Virus record (IMG/VR): IMGVR_UViG_3300050150_000093
Location: 1 to 63,832 of that record
From: a virus
Lineage: Duplodnaviria > Caudoviricetes
Length of the DNA: 63,832 nt
Reading direction: 5' to 3' (one strand)
In this document: positions 24,262 through 36,800 of the stretch, piece after piece
Numbering within the stretch: the stretch's first letter is position 1
Layout: each line of letters opens with the position of its first letter
Notes under the pieces: model-generated
What the model saw: only the letters and a program-made list of their open reading frames with translations
Database searches by the model: none
What the model was told of the DNA's origin: nothing
Translations under genes and position numbers: made by a program

Positions 24262-26004
24262 ATGGCAAACACAAGCTTACTTCTAGCTAACCCAGATTTC
24301 GATAGCATTGAAGCTAGTTTAAAGGCGTTCCTAAAGACGCAAACGAGGTTTGTTGACTACGACTTCGAAGGTTCAAACCTCTCGATGCTTATTAACTTGT
24401 TGGCTTACAATTCTTACCAAGATGCTTTCTTGAGTAATATGGCTGCTAGTGAAATGTTCTTAGACACTGCACAGTTAAGATCGAGTGTCGTCTCACACGC
24501 TAAAGAATTAGGTTATACTCCGAGATCATATCGTTCTGCTAAAGCAGTTGTTACAATTCAAATCACAGCTGATGACAATCCCGGGGCAATTATCATGCCT
24601 AAGGGTACGCTGTTTATTACCCAAGTTGGTTCAAGAACATACACGTTCACAACCGATAAAGCATACAACATTTTAGCTACTAGTGGGTCGTATCAGGTCA
24701 CGGGAATAGAAATCTTTGAAGGTTTCCCCGTAACGGAACGATTCACAGTGAATAGTGAAATTGTAAGTCAACGGTTTGCGTTAAAAAATAGTAAAATGGA
24801 TACGCGAAGTTTATACGTTACCGTTAATGGAACGCAATATAAACAAGCTTCTTCTGTGCTTGATTTGAAGAACGATTCGTTGGTGTATTTCTTACAACTC
24901 GGAAACGATGGATATTATGAGCTTGTATTTGGTGGTGATGTTATAGGCAAACAGCCTGTACACCAAGATGTAATTGAAGCTTCATATAGAGTTAGCGTTG
25001 GATCTGACAGTAATGGAGCTCGTGTATTCCGTCCTGGTGGATCAATTGCTGGTTACACTACCATAACGGTAACTACCGAGAATATTGCTCAAGGTGGGGA
25101 TTCTACAGAAACTACTGAATCAATTCGACGCAATGCTCCGCTAATGTATCAAACTCGAAATCGAGCAGTTACTACAGATGATTATAAAGTGTTACTCCAA
25201 CAACAGTTTCCGGAAATAGCAGCAATCAGCGTTTACGGTGGCGAACAGATGGATCCTCCTCAATACGGTCGAGTGTTCATTGCGGTTGATATTGATAGTG
25301 CGTATGGCGCATCAGACGTAGCTAAAGAAGGTTATTATCGTTACATTAGAGCACGCTCGCCTGTAACAATTGAACCAATGTTTATAGATCCTAATTTTAT
25401 GTTCTTGAAGTTAGAAACAGTGGTATACTTTGATTACGTTAACTACGATACTTCTGATAAAGAAGTTGAAACGTCGGTGCTGACGGCGGTTGAAGAGTTT
25501 AACGATATAGAGCTTGGTGATTTTGATACAACGTTTAAGTATTCTCAATTAGTAAAAGCAATCGATGCGTCGCACCCATCAATTTTAAGCAACGAAACTA
25601 CAGTTAGTATGATGTTGTCATTGGATAGTGACAAAACTAAAACTGTAGCACAAAAGCTAACGTTCTTTAACGAAATGTCACCATCAAATCGTTCATCAAC
25701 AATCACGTCATCAAACTTTATCTACAACAATAAAACGTGTAAGTTACAAGATGATGGTGAAGGCAACATTAACGTTGTGACAAATCTTCAGAACGCTACG
25801 CCAACAGTAATAGCTAGTGTGGGTACTGTTAACTATACAAGCGGTGAAGTTATAATCCAACCGTTTAACGTTACGCAAATATTTGGTGCATCTATTCGGA
25901 TATATGCTATTTCTCAATCAAAAAATATCAACGCTGTGCAAAATATGTTGTTAAATATAGACACAACTGAAATAAACATCACAGCATTGCCGTCCACTAA
26001 ATGA
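24262..26004 (+). CDS. 6: Baseplate wedge protein gp6
   Basis: DYDFEGSNL...EMFLDTA-LRSSVVS-AK-LGY-PRS; RAVT-DY. Confidence 0.95.
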   Translation: MANTSLLLANPDFDSIEASLKAFLKTQTRFVDYDFEGSNLSMLINLLAYNSYQDAFLSNMAASEMFLDTAQLRSSVVSHAKELGYTPRSYRSAKAVVTIQITADDNPGAIIMPKGTLFITQVGSRTYTFTTDKAYNILATSGSYQVTGIEIFEGFPVTERFTVNSEIVSQRFALKNSKMDTRSLYVTVNGTQYKQASSVLDLKNDSLVYFLQLGNDGYYELVFGGDVIGKQPVHQDVIEASYRVSVGSDSNGARVFRPGGSIAGYTTITVTTENIAQGGDSTETTESIRRNAPLMYQTRNRAVTTDDYKVLLQQQFPEIAAISVYGGEQMDPPQYGRVFIAVDIDSAYGASDVAKEGYYRYIRARSPVTIEPMFIDPNFMFLKLETVVYFDYVNYDTSDKEVETSVLTAVEEFNDIELGDFDTTFKYSQLVKAIDASHPSILSNETTVSMMLSLDSDKTKTVAQKLTFFNEMSPSNRSSTITSSNFIYNNKTCKLQDDGEGNINVVTNLQNATPTVIASVGTVNYTSGEVIIQPFNVTQIFGASIRIYAISQSKNINAVQNMLLNIDTTEINITALPSTK

Positions 26005-28925
26005 TAGACATTTCGACACTAGTCAAATCACAATTTCCTGAATACGTCCAAGCGGAAGGTCCCAACCTTATTGCTTTCGTTGAAGCGTATTACCAATGGT
26101 ATGAGCAATCGGACCTGATTCGCTCACAGCAATTGCTAACTTTACGTGATATTGATGACACTGTCGATGAGTTTGTTACTTATTTTAAATCAAAGTATCT
26201 CAAAGGTTTACCAAAACTCTCAAGAGGTAATATACGAGAGTTCATCAAGCACAGCAAAGACTTATACGAGTCAAAAGGTACTGATAAATCAATACAGTTA
26301 GTACTACGACTACTATATGATATTGATTCAGATGTGTACAGCCCCGGTTCGGACGTTTTACGAGCTTCAGATGGACATTGGTACATTCCTGTATATCTCG
26401 AAGTATCCCCTTCAGTAAGAAATAAGTCCTTTATTGGTACAACAATAACAGGTGGCTCATCTGGAGCCACTGCCATTGTTGAATCTGTTGTACGTCGAGT
26501 GAGCAATGGCGCTTATTATGATGTTCTGTATTTGTCTTCTGTACGAGGCGATTTCCAAACAAACGAATATGTAACAAATGATGGGTTAGCATTAAATGCT
26601 CCTGTTGTCATTGGATCTCTAAATGAGATCGTAATCGTCAATGGTGGTAAGAACAACAACATTGGTGATGTTTTCAGTATCTTCTCGGATAATGGGAAAC
26701 AGGGTAAGGTTAGAGTAACCGGTACTGAAAATGGTACCGGACGAGTTGATTATACCTTAATCGATGGCGGCACTGGATATACTATGACGGCCGATACGAT
26801 TACGTCCGAAAAGATGTTCCGTATTGATCCGGCCGTAGGAACAGGTTTCGTTGTATATGAACAAGTATCACAAAAACTAGCAAACCTATCTTATCTTTCT
26901 GGAAACGGTACGTTTGCTGTTGGTGACGTTGTACGTGGGTACACGTCAGGAACATGGATAGAACAAGCTAACGGAATTGTAATAACATCTACAGGTAGCA
27001 ACACAGCTGGTAGTATTAGAATCTTTGTTACATCTGGAGACTTCCGGTTTGCGGACACATATAGAAACTCTGGAAATACTGTTGGCGGTTTAATAGCCAA
27101 CTGCACAGACATTACAGCCACAGCAAATGTGGTTGGATCTAATTCAACGTATATTGGTGTAACAGACATTGATCGTATTTTTTACGTGGCCAATGGTGCT
27201 ACCTCAATAACCGGATCATACAGCAATACTGTTGCTAACCTAGTTTCACAATCGACAGGATCGGGTGCCACGTTCAGTGTCGGTTCGTTAGAAAACGAAG
27301 AGTCGGTATTCATCAACCAAGACTTCTTGAATGATTATAACTCCGCTAACGTGTTATTCAGTGAAGTTTATTTGGATGGTTCTGGATCTGGTGTTGGGTT
27401 TGTTGATAGTGTTCAAATTATAAACGGCGGTACTGGATATTCAAACGGAGCTTCTATCACCTTCCTGGGCGGCGGAAGAACCATTGTGTCAATAACTATA
27501 AACGCTGGTGGTACTGGATATTCAAATGGTGAACATCTGACTGCAAGTGGTGTGGGTAATGGAGCTTTGATTTCTATTATCACAAGTGGGGTTGGTGCTA
27601 TTACATCATTCAACATCGTTGATGGTGGTCAGTATGTAAGTGCTCCTACTCTAACTGTTGCTAATACGGTCGGTACCGGAGCTAACCTAACAGCTGTAAT
27701 CAGCAACCCAACAGTTGCTGTTGGTACAGCTAACACCGATGGAAGTGGTGCTATTACATCAGTATCACTTTCTAGCCAAGGCTCAGGATATTTTTCAAAG
27801 CCAATACTAACGGTTCCCGGAGGCACTGGCGCCAACCTTAACCCTATTATGGATTATGGATTTGGCTTTCCTAAGAATGTGCACGGCGATGCAAACAACG
27901 TTATTAACGATTTGTTGAGTTATGCTACGGTTACTGCTGGTACGATTAGCTCATTGAAAAACATTGCACCAGGAGCATCATATACTGTTGATCCATTTGT
28001 TCGTGTATCCGAACCGTACATTTCAGGTCTTGACCGTAGAGACTTCATTATTGGTATAAGCAATACCAATGGACTCTTTATCACTGGAGAATTGGTTCGT
28101 CAAAATATTATCGATCCTGGTATCCAACTAACCTTTACGGGAATAACAGGTAACACTGGTTTTGATGTTGGCGAACAAGTTACTCAAAATACAGCTCAAG
28201 GTATTGTCTATTATCGAGACGGTACAACAGTGCGACTATCAGAGGTCACTGGAACGTTTATAAACACAGCTAACTCAATAACTCAAATTGTTGGTAATGT
28301 GTCAGACGCGACAGCTAACGTGGCTAACGTTCAATCTATATCAATATTGAATACAGCAAAGGGACAAATTAGATCAACTAATACAACGTCGATGACCATC
28401 AAACGAACAACAATCAATACAGCGTTTAAGATTGGATCCTCAATTATAGGCGTTAGATCAACAGCTAATGCTATGATAGACTCTGTGAACTTTGACTACA
28501 GCACAGAAGCTATGGGCAATAACGCAATTGTTGAAGCTAAGGTTAAAACCGCCAACGGAATTGCTACTTCATTAGAAGTAATTGATAGTGGTTTTGGATA
28601 TCTCGAAGCGGAAGACGTTGAGCTAATAAACCCCGACAACGAGTTTATAATCTCAGGTTTGTCGGTGCTCATCAATCAAGGAACCGGCGAAGGTTTCTGG
28701 ACATCAACTGATGGATTCCTAAACTCTGATAAGCACATTCATGATGGCGAATATTACCAAGCCTTTTCTTACGAAATTCAAACAACTCTTTCCTTAGACC
28801 GATATTCGGAAGTGTTGAAGAAAATCGTCCACGTGGCTGGTACTAAGATATTCGGTAAAGTAGTACTGAACCCAGAAATTGAATTTATATCCGATGTGGT
28901 AAGCTCATCAATCCTACAAGAGTAA
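26001..28925 (+). CDS. 7: Baseplate wedge initiator gp7-like, with GGTGYSN repeats
   Basis: QFPEYV...F-EAYY-W; Y-SKGT-S; C-terminal YYQ-FSY-I...HVAG-K-FG. Confidence 0.85.
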   Translation: MIDISTLVKSQFPEYVQAEGPNLIAFVEAYYQWYEQSDLIRSQQLLTLRDIDDTVDEFVTYFKSKYLKGLPKLSRGNIREFIKHSKDLYESKGTDKSIQLVLRLLYDIDSDVYSPGSDVLRASDGHWYIPVYLEVSPSVRNKSFIGTTITGGSSGATAIVESVVRRVSNGAYYDVLYLSSVRGDFQTNEYVTNDGLALNAPVVIGSLNEIVIVNGGKNNNIGDVFSIFSDNGKQGKVRVTGTENGTGRVDYTLIDGGTGYTMTADTITSEKMFRIDPAVGTGFVVYEQVSQKLANLSYLSGNGTFAVGDVVRGYTSGTWIEQANGIVITSTGSNTAGSIRIFVTSGDFRFADTYRNSGNTVGGLIANCTDITATANVVGSNSTYIGVTDIDRIFYVANGATSITGSYSNTVANLVSQSTGSGATFSVGSLENEESVFINQDFLNDYNSANVLFSEVYLDGSGSGVGFVDSVQIINGGTGYSNGASITFLGGGRTIVSITINAGGTGYSNGEHLTASGVGNGALISIITSGVGAITSFNIVDGGQYVSAPTLTVANTVGTGANLTAVISNPTVAVGTANTDGSGAITSVSLSSQGSGYFSKPILTVPGGTGANLNPIMDYGFGFPKNVHGDANNVINDLLSYATVTAGTISSLKNIAPGASYTVDPFVRVSEPYISGLDRRDFIIGISNTNGLFITGELVRQNIIDPGIQLTFTGITGNTGFDVGEQVTQNTAQGIVYYRDGTTVRLSEVTGTFINTANSITQIVGNVSDATANVANVQSISILNTAKGQIRSTNTTSMTIKRTTINTAFKIGSSIIGVRSTANAMIDSVNFDYSTEAMGNNAIVEAKVKTANGIATSLEVIDSGFGYLEAEDVELINPDNEFIISGLSVLINQGTGEGFWTSTDGFLNSDKHIHDGEYYQAFSYEIQTTLSLDRYSEVLKKIVHVAGTKIFGKVVLNPEIEFISDVVSSSILQE

Positions 28926-28928
28926 ATA
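28922..28928 (+). promoter_or_regulatory. Late promoter
   Basis: GTAAATA upstream of gp8. Confidence 0.55.
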
Positions 28929-28953
28929 CAGTAGGGATAGGTCAGGAATAATA

Positions 28954-30741
28954 ATGCCTAAAATTACAACAACAAATTTCAAAGTTCACGTAGTAGATCA
29001 GTTATATGAATCTCTAACGGAACCGCAAAATAGTTTCTACTACATTTTTGCTGGCCGACCAGAAGCGTGGGATAGCGACTCTGCGCCTCCTGAACCAGAA
29101 GACTCTCAAAGCCAAAGAGTTTTTGATGTCTTCGATACTATGATATATGGTAAGCAAGTAACACAAGACGATGCTTCATATATGGTTCCAAGATATGATT
29201 GGACATCAAATACCGTATATGCTATGTTTGATGATGAAGATGCAACGCTAATGAGCAACAACTTTTTTGTTGTAGTTGATGCTAATACGTCTTATCATGT
29301 ATTCAAATGTTTGAATAACAATTTTGGAGCCGAGTCTCTCGTTGCGCCGAATAGAAACGACACATCTGAAGATGATGAGTTTTATTTGACCAGTGATGGC
29401 TATCAATGGAAATTTCTCTATTCAATTCCAAGTTCAACGTTTAGAAAATTCGCTACAGATGAATGGATTCCTGTTGTCGAAAACGCAAACACTGTGGCTA
29501 ACTCTACTCCCGGTGCAATAGATGTTATTGTTGTTGAATCGCCAGGTACCCAATTTAACTCATATGCCAATGGTGTATTCTCAGAAATTGCCGTAGATGG
29601 TGATGCAACTATTTACGGAATAGATAGCACCTCTTCTGCTAACACCGATTTCTTTAAAGAATGTGCAATCAAAATTGTAACTGGTCAAGGGGCCGGACAA
29701 CAAAGACGCATTGCAGAATATTCAGTGCAAGGTGGATTCAAGCGAGTATATTTGGATCAAGCGTTTGTTATTTTACCTAACACTTCATCGACTTATGAAA
29801 TCACACCCCATGTTTCTATTGTTGGTGATGGAGCCAATTGCGTCGCTAGAGCGATTGTTGATTCAACATCCAATACAATCTCATCCATTGAGATAACTGA
29901 ACGTGGAACTGGCTATACGTATGCTACTGCAGAAGTTCGGGGGAACACTGGTATCATTGTTGCAAACAATGTGCAGATCGCAAACAATGCTGTTATTCGC
30001 CCAATCATTGGTCCTCCAAGAGGACACGGTAGTGATGTTTATACAGAGTTGGGTGCTACAGGATTGGGTTTCAGTGTTACCTTTGCAAACACTGAACAAT
30101 TAACAATTCCTGCTACTGGAAAGTTTAGACAAATAGGTTTAATTAGAGATCCCTTATTTGCAAACGTTGAGTTGAGTTTAGCTAATACTATTGGTACGTT
30201 TGCTGATGAAGAAACGGTAATCTTAACAACAAACGAAAATATCAAAGGAACAACAACGTTCTATAACGAAGCTTCGTCAATACTACGGTTGACGGATGTT
30301 AAAGGTGGATTTGTTGCTAACGGAAACGTTCGTGGGTTAACGTCAAATGCCACTGCTGTTATTTCTTCAATCGATATCAATGGTGCCACTAAAAGCTTCG
30401 TCACGTTTGATCAAAGAATGCGGTTAGACACGTCGTTTAATGGAACGCCTGCATTCACAGATGGTGAATTTGTTGAACAAGAAGGTACCGATGGTTCTGG
30501 TGTTGTGCATGAATCTAACACCACCTTCACTGCGTTAACTCAAACGAGAGGTACTATTAATATAACCGATGGTTTGACTTCACAGACTCTTTCTTCTAAC
30601 ACAGCTTCAGCAAATGTTAACGCCATTGTCCTACCAGATCTCAAAAAGGCAAGTGGAGAAGTTCTTTATATTGAGAACGTTCAACCGATAACAAGAGCTG
30701 ATAACTTGTCTGAAACTGTTAAATTCATCATTAGGTTCTAA
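28954..30741 (+). CDS. 8: Baseplate wedge protein gp8
   Basis: Y-F-GRP-W...PRYDW...VFKCL-N...DGY-WK-LY; C-terminal SGE-LYIEN-PI-R. Confidence 0.9.
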   Translation: MPKITTTNFKVHVVDQLYESLTEPQNSFYYIFAGRPEAWDSDSAPPEPEDSQSQRVFDVFDTMIYGKQVTQDDASYMVPRYDWTSNTVYAMFDDEDATLMSNNFFVVVDANTSYHVFKCLNNNFGAESLVAPNRNDTSEDDEFYLTSDGYQWKFLYSIPSSTFRKFATDEWIPVVENANTVANSTPGAIDVIVVESPGTQFNSYANGVFSEIAVDGDATIYGIDSTSSANTDFFKECAIKIVTGQGAGQQRRIAEYSVQGGFKRVYLDQAFVILPNTSSTYEITPHVSIVGDGANCVARAIVDSTSNTISSIEITERGTGYTYATAEVRGNTGIIVANNVQIANNAVIRPIIGPPRGHGSDVYTELGATGLGFSVTFANTEQLTIPATGKFRQIGLIRDPLFANVELSLANTIGTFADEETVILTTNENIKGTTTFYNEASSILRLTDVKGGFVANGNVRGLTSNATAVISSIDINGATKSFVTFDQRMRLDTSFNGTPAFTDGEFVEQEGTDGSGVVHESNTTFTALTQTRGTINITDGLTSQTLSSNTASANVNAIVLPDLKKASGEVLYIENVQPITRADNLSETVKFIIRF

Positions 30742-30770
30742 AACGAATTTGTTTTGACTGTAAGTTGTTG

Positions 30771-30777
30771 CTAAATA
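30771..30777 (+). promoter_or_regulatory. Late promoter
   Basis: CTAAATA in the intergenic region. Confidence 0.6.
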
Positions 30778-30844
30778 CAGGAGAAAATCCAGCTGGTTTC
30801 AAATGACCGCGACGTCTGTCTTGAGTAAGAGAAAACAACAATAA

Positions 30845-33800
30845 ATGTCGACTGAAACAAATTTCAACGCAGCACCTTTTTGGGACGACTACGATGAAGA
30901 AAAAGGTTACTACAGAATCTTATTCAGGCCAAGTATGCCTGTACAGGCTCGTGAACTAACTCAGTCGCAAACAATCCTACAAAATCAAATTGAACGATTC
31001 GGCCGTAACATCTTTAAAGATGGTACAATTATCAAGGGTTGTTCGTTCATTTTTGATGGTGCGATTGATTATGTTAAAGTGCTCGACCTACAAGTTGATG
31101 GTCAACCAGTAAACGCATCGCAGTTTGCTAATACACTAGTTAGAAACTCAGCAAACCTATCAGCGGTAGTTATTGACACTAAAGATGGACTAGAATCACA
31201 AAACCCTGATCTGAATACTCTTTATGTAAAGTATCAAAACGCAGGATCAGACAACTCTCGGATCTTTAGTCCAGAAGATGTTATATCTGCGTATGATAGA
31301 GACTTCTCTATTCAGCGTGTTGAAATTAACGATGGTGGTACCGGCTATAGCAACAACGATAGCGTTGTCTTTACGCCATCTGGAGCTAGTGCTCGATTAA
31401 TCACCGATAACCTAGGAACCATTCAAGAAGTTGTAGTTACTTCTGGTGGTAGTGATTATACCACCACTCCTACTGTAGCGATCGCTAACAGTGCAGGTGG
31501 TACCGCAAACGGTACCGGAGCTAGTGTCGTTGCAAACACTATTATTGCTCAGTTAACTATTGCTGCGAATACTTTTGCATCAGGAAATACCGTAGCTTAC
31601 AGTCCAGTCGGCCGCGGTTATTCGTTCCGGGTTAACGAAGGTGAAATCTTCCAAAAGGGCTTCTTCATTCGTGTTGAGCCTCAATCTGTTATTGTGTCGA
31701 AGTACACTGTGGCTCCTGATGATTTATCAGTCGGATTTATTACCCGCGAGAGCGTCGTCAATAATAATGTTGACTCATCGCTATTGGACAATGCGCAGGG
31801 CGTATCGAACTTCTCAGGACCTGGAGCTTTCCGCTTAAAGTTGACCCCAGAATTGGCTGTTCTCTCATCTGAAGATGCAGCAAGCTCTAATACGTTCTTC
31901 TCCCTAGTAGATTTTGAGAACGGCCGGCCAATTAGAATCAGACAATCGTCTGAGTATAATGTGCTTGGTCAAGAGATGGCTCGTCGTACCGTTGAAGAGT
32001 CAGGCAACTATGTTGTTAAACAATTCCCAATCTTCACTGATGAAATCTATGCCAACACAACTCACTTCCAAGCTAGAGTGGGTGCTGGTTTAGCGTATGT
32101 TAATGGATATCGAGTTGAGCAACTTGACACAGGATCAGTTGGTGTACGTAAGGGTACCGATGTTGTAGAAGCTAAGTCGACATCAACTTCAATCAACTAC
32201 GCGAACTATATCGAAATACAAAACATGAATGGTATCTTACCATTCAACACAACCCCTGCTGTTTCTCTACGCAGTGCTGTTTCTACGGGTGTCGCTAGCG
32301 GCGCTGGCACAGAACTAGGAACCGCACGAATCCGTGGTCTAGTATATGATCGAGGAACTCCTGGAGAACCTACAGCTGTATATCGTCTATACATCTATGA
32401 TATTCGCCTAGTTGGTGGTGCATCGTTTAAAGACGTTAAGAGTGTATTCTACGATGGTGGTGGATCCCCAAACAACGGAGCATCGGATATTGTCCTAAAT
32501 GCTTCGAGTGCGGCTGAGATTTTTGAGCCTTCATTCAATGGTGCTATCTTTAAGTTAGGTCGCAAGGCTCTGAAGACTATCAGAAACTTAACCGCGAACA
32601 ACAACACCAACTACATTTATACTAGCGTTGATCAAGGGGTTAGCTTCTCAACGAGTGGGTCTCTACAAAAGAACCTAACCGGTAGTGATACCTTCCCGTA
32701 TTCCGGAACTCTAAACGACACCGAAGAACGCGATTTTATCTTTATTGCAAGAAACGCAGCAAATGCTAGTGCTAACGGCACAGGCACAGTAGCGGTGACA
32801 TCAGGTGCAAACACTGTAGTTGGTACAGGCACATCATTCTTAGCTGATTATATAATCGGTGACCACGTAGTGTTTGGCACGGCAGAAGTTCGTCGTATTG
32901 TTAACATTGCAAACAATACTTACATGCAAGTTGACTCAGACTTAACCAGTGCAAACGCGTCCACAATTCACAAGACCACATTCCCTGCAAACGTTCCTAT
33001 TGCGTTTACCGGACACCCAATAAGAACAATTGCAGTCACTGGCGCTGGTAGTACGTTAACAGCTAACCTTGGGATTAACATCAGTAACTCATTAAACGTG
33101 AGTGCAATTTACAACGTAAAGCGTAGTAATGCGTTACAGTTGACTAAAAACTACAACGCTTCTGTGGTAGTAAAGATTGCTACAAACACTGCTCCAAACG
33201 GAGCAAGTGGACCTTGGTGCTTGGGTGTACCAGATGCAATCAGTATCAGTCGTGTGATGAAGACTACAAATGGTGACTACACAACAGGTGCTGTTGATGT
33301 AACATCTCATTTCAGCATCGACAGTGGTCAAAAAGAAACACATTACGGTTTAGCTTACCTGCGTAAGAAACCAACAAGCACGTTATCGATTGGTGCGGCG
33401 GACTACTTGACTGTAACATTTAGTGCGTTCACACATACAAATACAGGCGGTGGTTTAGGCTTCTTTACGGTGGACAGCTATCCAGTTGACGATAGCAGTT
33501 CTGCAAACGTAAGTACAACTATTAAAACGCAAAACATTCCAGTGTTCGTTTCACCTACTAGTGGATATGGTTATGATCTTCGTGACTCCGTTGACTTGCG
33601 TCCGATCGTTTCAAACACTGTAGTATTGACTTCTAACACAGCTCTAGCGAACGTTAACCCTTCTTCTACTGAAACATACACAGCTGTTGAAAAGAACTTC
33701 CCAGCTCCTAACAAAATCTTTACATCCGATTTCCAATACTACTTGGGTCGTTACGATAAGTTAGCTCTAAACTCTCTAGGACAATTCACAATTGTCGAAG

Positions 33801-36800
33801 GTAGCGCGTCTGAGATTCCTTATCCACCAAGTGATGTTGATGGAGCAATGACACTAGCTACAGTTGCTGTACCTCCTTATCCTACCTTGACTACTATGTC
33901 AAATTCAGGTCGTCCAGACTATACTGTTAAGGTTACAGCAAAACAAACACGTCGCTATACAATGGCTGATATCAGCAAAATTGATAACAGACTTCAGCGC
34001 GTTGAGTATTATACAGCGTTGAACCTGTTAGAGAAACAAACAAAGGATCTTATCATCCCGTCGTCTGTTGATGCCTCAATGGATCGATTCAAAAATGGTA
34101 TATTCGTTGACCCATTCGCAGATTTCTCTATCTCTAATGTAATCGATGGTGAATTCACAGCTAGTATTGATGAAGCTGCTGGTGAGCTAGTGCCTCGCTT
34201 TGAACAAGGTAAGTTTGATCTAAAGCTCTCGAATACATCGGGTGTGGTTCAAACTGGCGACTTAGTAACACTCAACTATAGTGAAACTCCTTTATTCGGT
34301 CAAGCATATGCTAGCCGCGTCCGTAACTGTGTGGAAAACTATTGGAGCTTCACAGGTAAGATGGTTCTTACCCCAAGCTATGATAATTACTTCGAAACTC
34401 GCACATCACCACAAAATGTGATGAACATCGAAATCGATAACGCAGCTACCACACTTGCATTAGTTGAACAGTTGAACAGCATTCGTGCAGTTAATCAACC
34501 AGCGCCAACAGCAACCACAACCTCTTCTAACAATCTAGTATCTTCATCAACTACGACTGCTGATGATGGATCAATCTGGAGAGATGAAACATACGAAACA
34601 ATCCAGTCAACGATCACTACTCAAACTAGAGATATGTTGAATGCGACGATATCGGAAACATCGCAGCAAGTTGGTGATTTCATTACCGACATATCGTTTG
34701 CTCCGTTCATCCGAGAACAAGTTGTTTACATTAGAGCTTATGGTCTAAAGCCCCGTTCACAACTATGGGCATTCTTCGATAAAGTTAATGTTACAGCGTT
34801 CTGTCAACCAGCTACGTTTGACGCTACCCTGTCTCCTTCTGGTACAGATACAAGAGCTTGGATGCCTTATGGTCGCATCGGACAAGGTCTAGTTGCAAAC
34901 GACACTGGTGAAGTATACGGGTTGTTGTACATTCCAGCGGACACATTCTTCGTCGGAGATAGAGAACTTAAGCTATTAGATGTTGATAATCTAGTATCAG
35001 AATCAGCAGCTACAACGTCTACGTCTGTTATGTTCCATGCATACAACTATGCAGTATCTAAGAGTGCTCTTACGGTTTCGACGAGAGCGGCAGACATTGA
35101 TCTAACAAGCTCAACTACTTCTTCGACAACTACAACTAGATCGAGCAGCAATCTTTCTACAATGGTACAAGGGCCTCCGGCTCCTGTAGTACAGGCTCCT
35201 GAACCACTACCTGATCCAGGACCTGCTATTGATTTTGCGGAACCTGACGCGAGCTGGTGGTGGTGGGATGATATTTTCCGGAATATCGCATCCGTTGATC
35301 CTATTGCTCAAACCTTTAGTGTAACATCAGACCACACCAGAGGTCAAGAAGGTTTATTCATTACATCTTTAGATGTATTCTTCCAACGTAAAGATCCTAT
35401 TATGGGAGTTACTGTTGAACTACGTCTAACAGAAAATGGATATCCTTCCAAGATCGTTGTACCGTTTGGTCGCAAGCATCTGACCTCAAGTCAGATTAAT
35501 GTGAGTGAAACAGCAGCGACAGCGACAAACGTATTATTTGATTCGCCTATCTTCTTGAAGGCGGGCCAGGAATACGCGTTTGTTATTATCCCTGATGGTA
35601 ATTCTCCAGAATATCTAATCTGGTGTGCGCAGGTTGGTGGAACTGACATCACAAACACATCACTTCAAATCAGAAGTGATTGGGGTGAAGGTGTTCTATT
35701 CACATCAACTAACAACAGTGCTTGGCAATCAGTTCAGAACGAAGACTTAAAGTTCCGTCTGTATCGGGCTGAGTTTAGTACGTCTGCTGGTACATTAACA
35801 ATAGCTAACAAGAGTGAAGAGCTCTTGTCAGGAACAATCTTACAAACCACCACTCCATCTGCATCTGCTAATACCCGGTCACGTAATCGTTCTGGTTTCG
35901 CACAAGGTGAACTAGCATTTAACTATTCAAACACATATGTGTTAACAGGAAGCGTGTCGTTTACAAGCAATTCTTCGGTAGTTACTGGTACTGGTACGAA
36001 CTTCTTAACATCTCTATCGGCCGGTAAGTATGTAACGTTAAGCAACAACGCAACACTAACAAGCAACGTGCTAGCTACAAGTACATGGTTCGACGTGTTC
36101 GAAGTACAAGCTGTTACAAACAACACTTCGTTTGTAATTAGAGGTCAACCAAAGTTTAGCGCTACTGGAGTTAAAGCACTACAAGCTCCCGTGGGTAAAG
36201 TGTTCTTAAATGATGAATTGCAATCGAAAGTTCATCTAACAGATTCAACTACAGCAAACTCAACACACAAATTCACGGTTGGAGAAACTCTAGTAGGTTC
36301 TCTAACTGGAACCGTGATGCTAATTGATTCTATCGATGATCAAACAATCAGTCATTTCCAACCGCTAATCTATAGAACTGGCGTGTCTGGAACATCAATT
36401 GCTCCAAGCGTATCGTTGTATGATTCAACGTTCGTTAGCCGTGGATCGTATCCAATCAAGTTCAATGATACAAACTATATCACTGGATTTGATGCTATTG
36501 TTGGTTCAAGAACCAACGAAATAGCTGAAGGCGTCAATAAAACATTGTCGGTTGATTTGGCACTAACTACTAACAACTCAATCGTATCACCTTGTGTGGA
36601 TTTACAAGCCTCAAGCATCATCTATTACAAAAACTTAATCAACGATGATAGTACAGGTGAAGCCGGACCATCAGGAGATGCAATCAGCAAGTATGTGTCT
36701 AAGACAATTGTCTTAGCAGACGGTCAAGATTCTGAAGACATCAAAGTATATCTAACTGCATATAAGCCAGTTGGAGCAGACATTGACGTTTACGTTCGTC

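Noticed and set aside
27420-27530. Near-identical GGTACTGGATATTCAAA repeats in gp7
   Set aside because: They encode GGTGYSN repeats that are ordinary in T4-like baseplate proteins.
30770-30800. GCTAAATA...AGCTGGTTTC shared with 52585-52608
   Set aside because: Only two instances with different spacing, one of them part of a terminator; probably chance.
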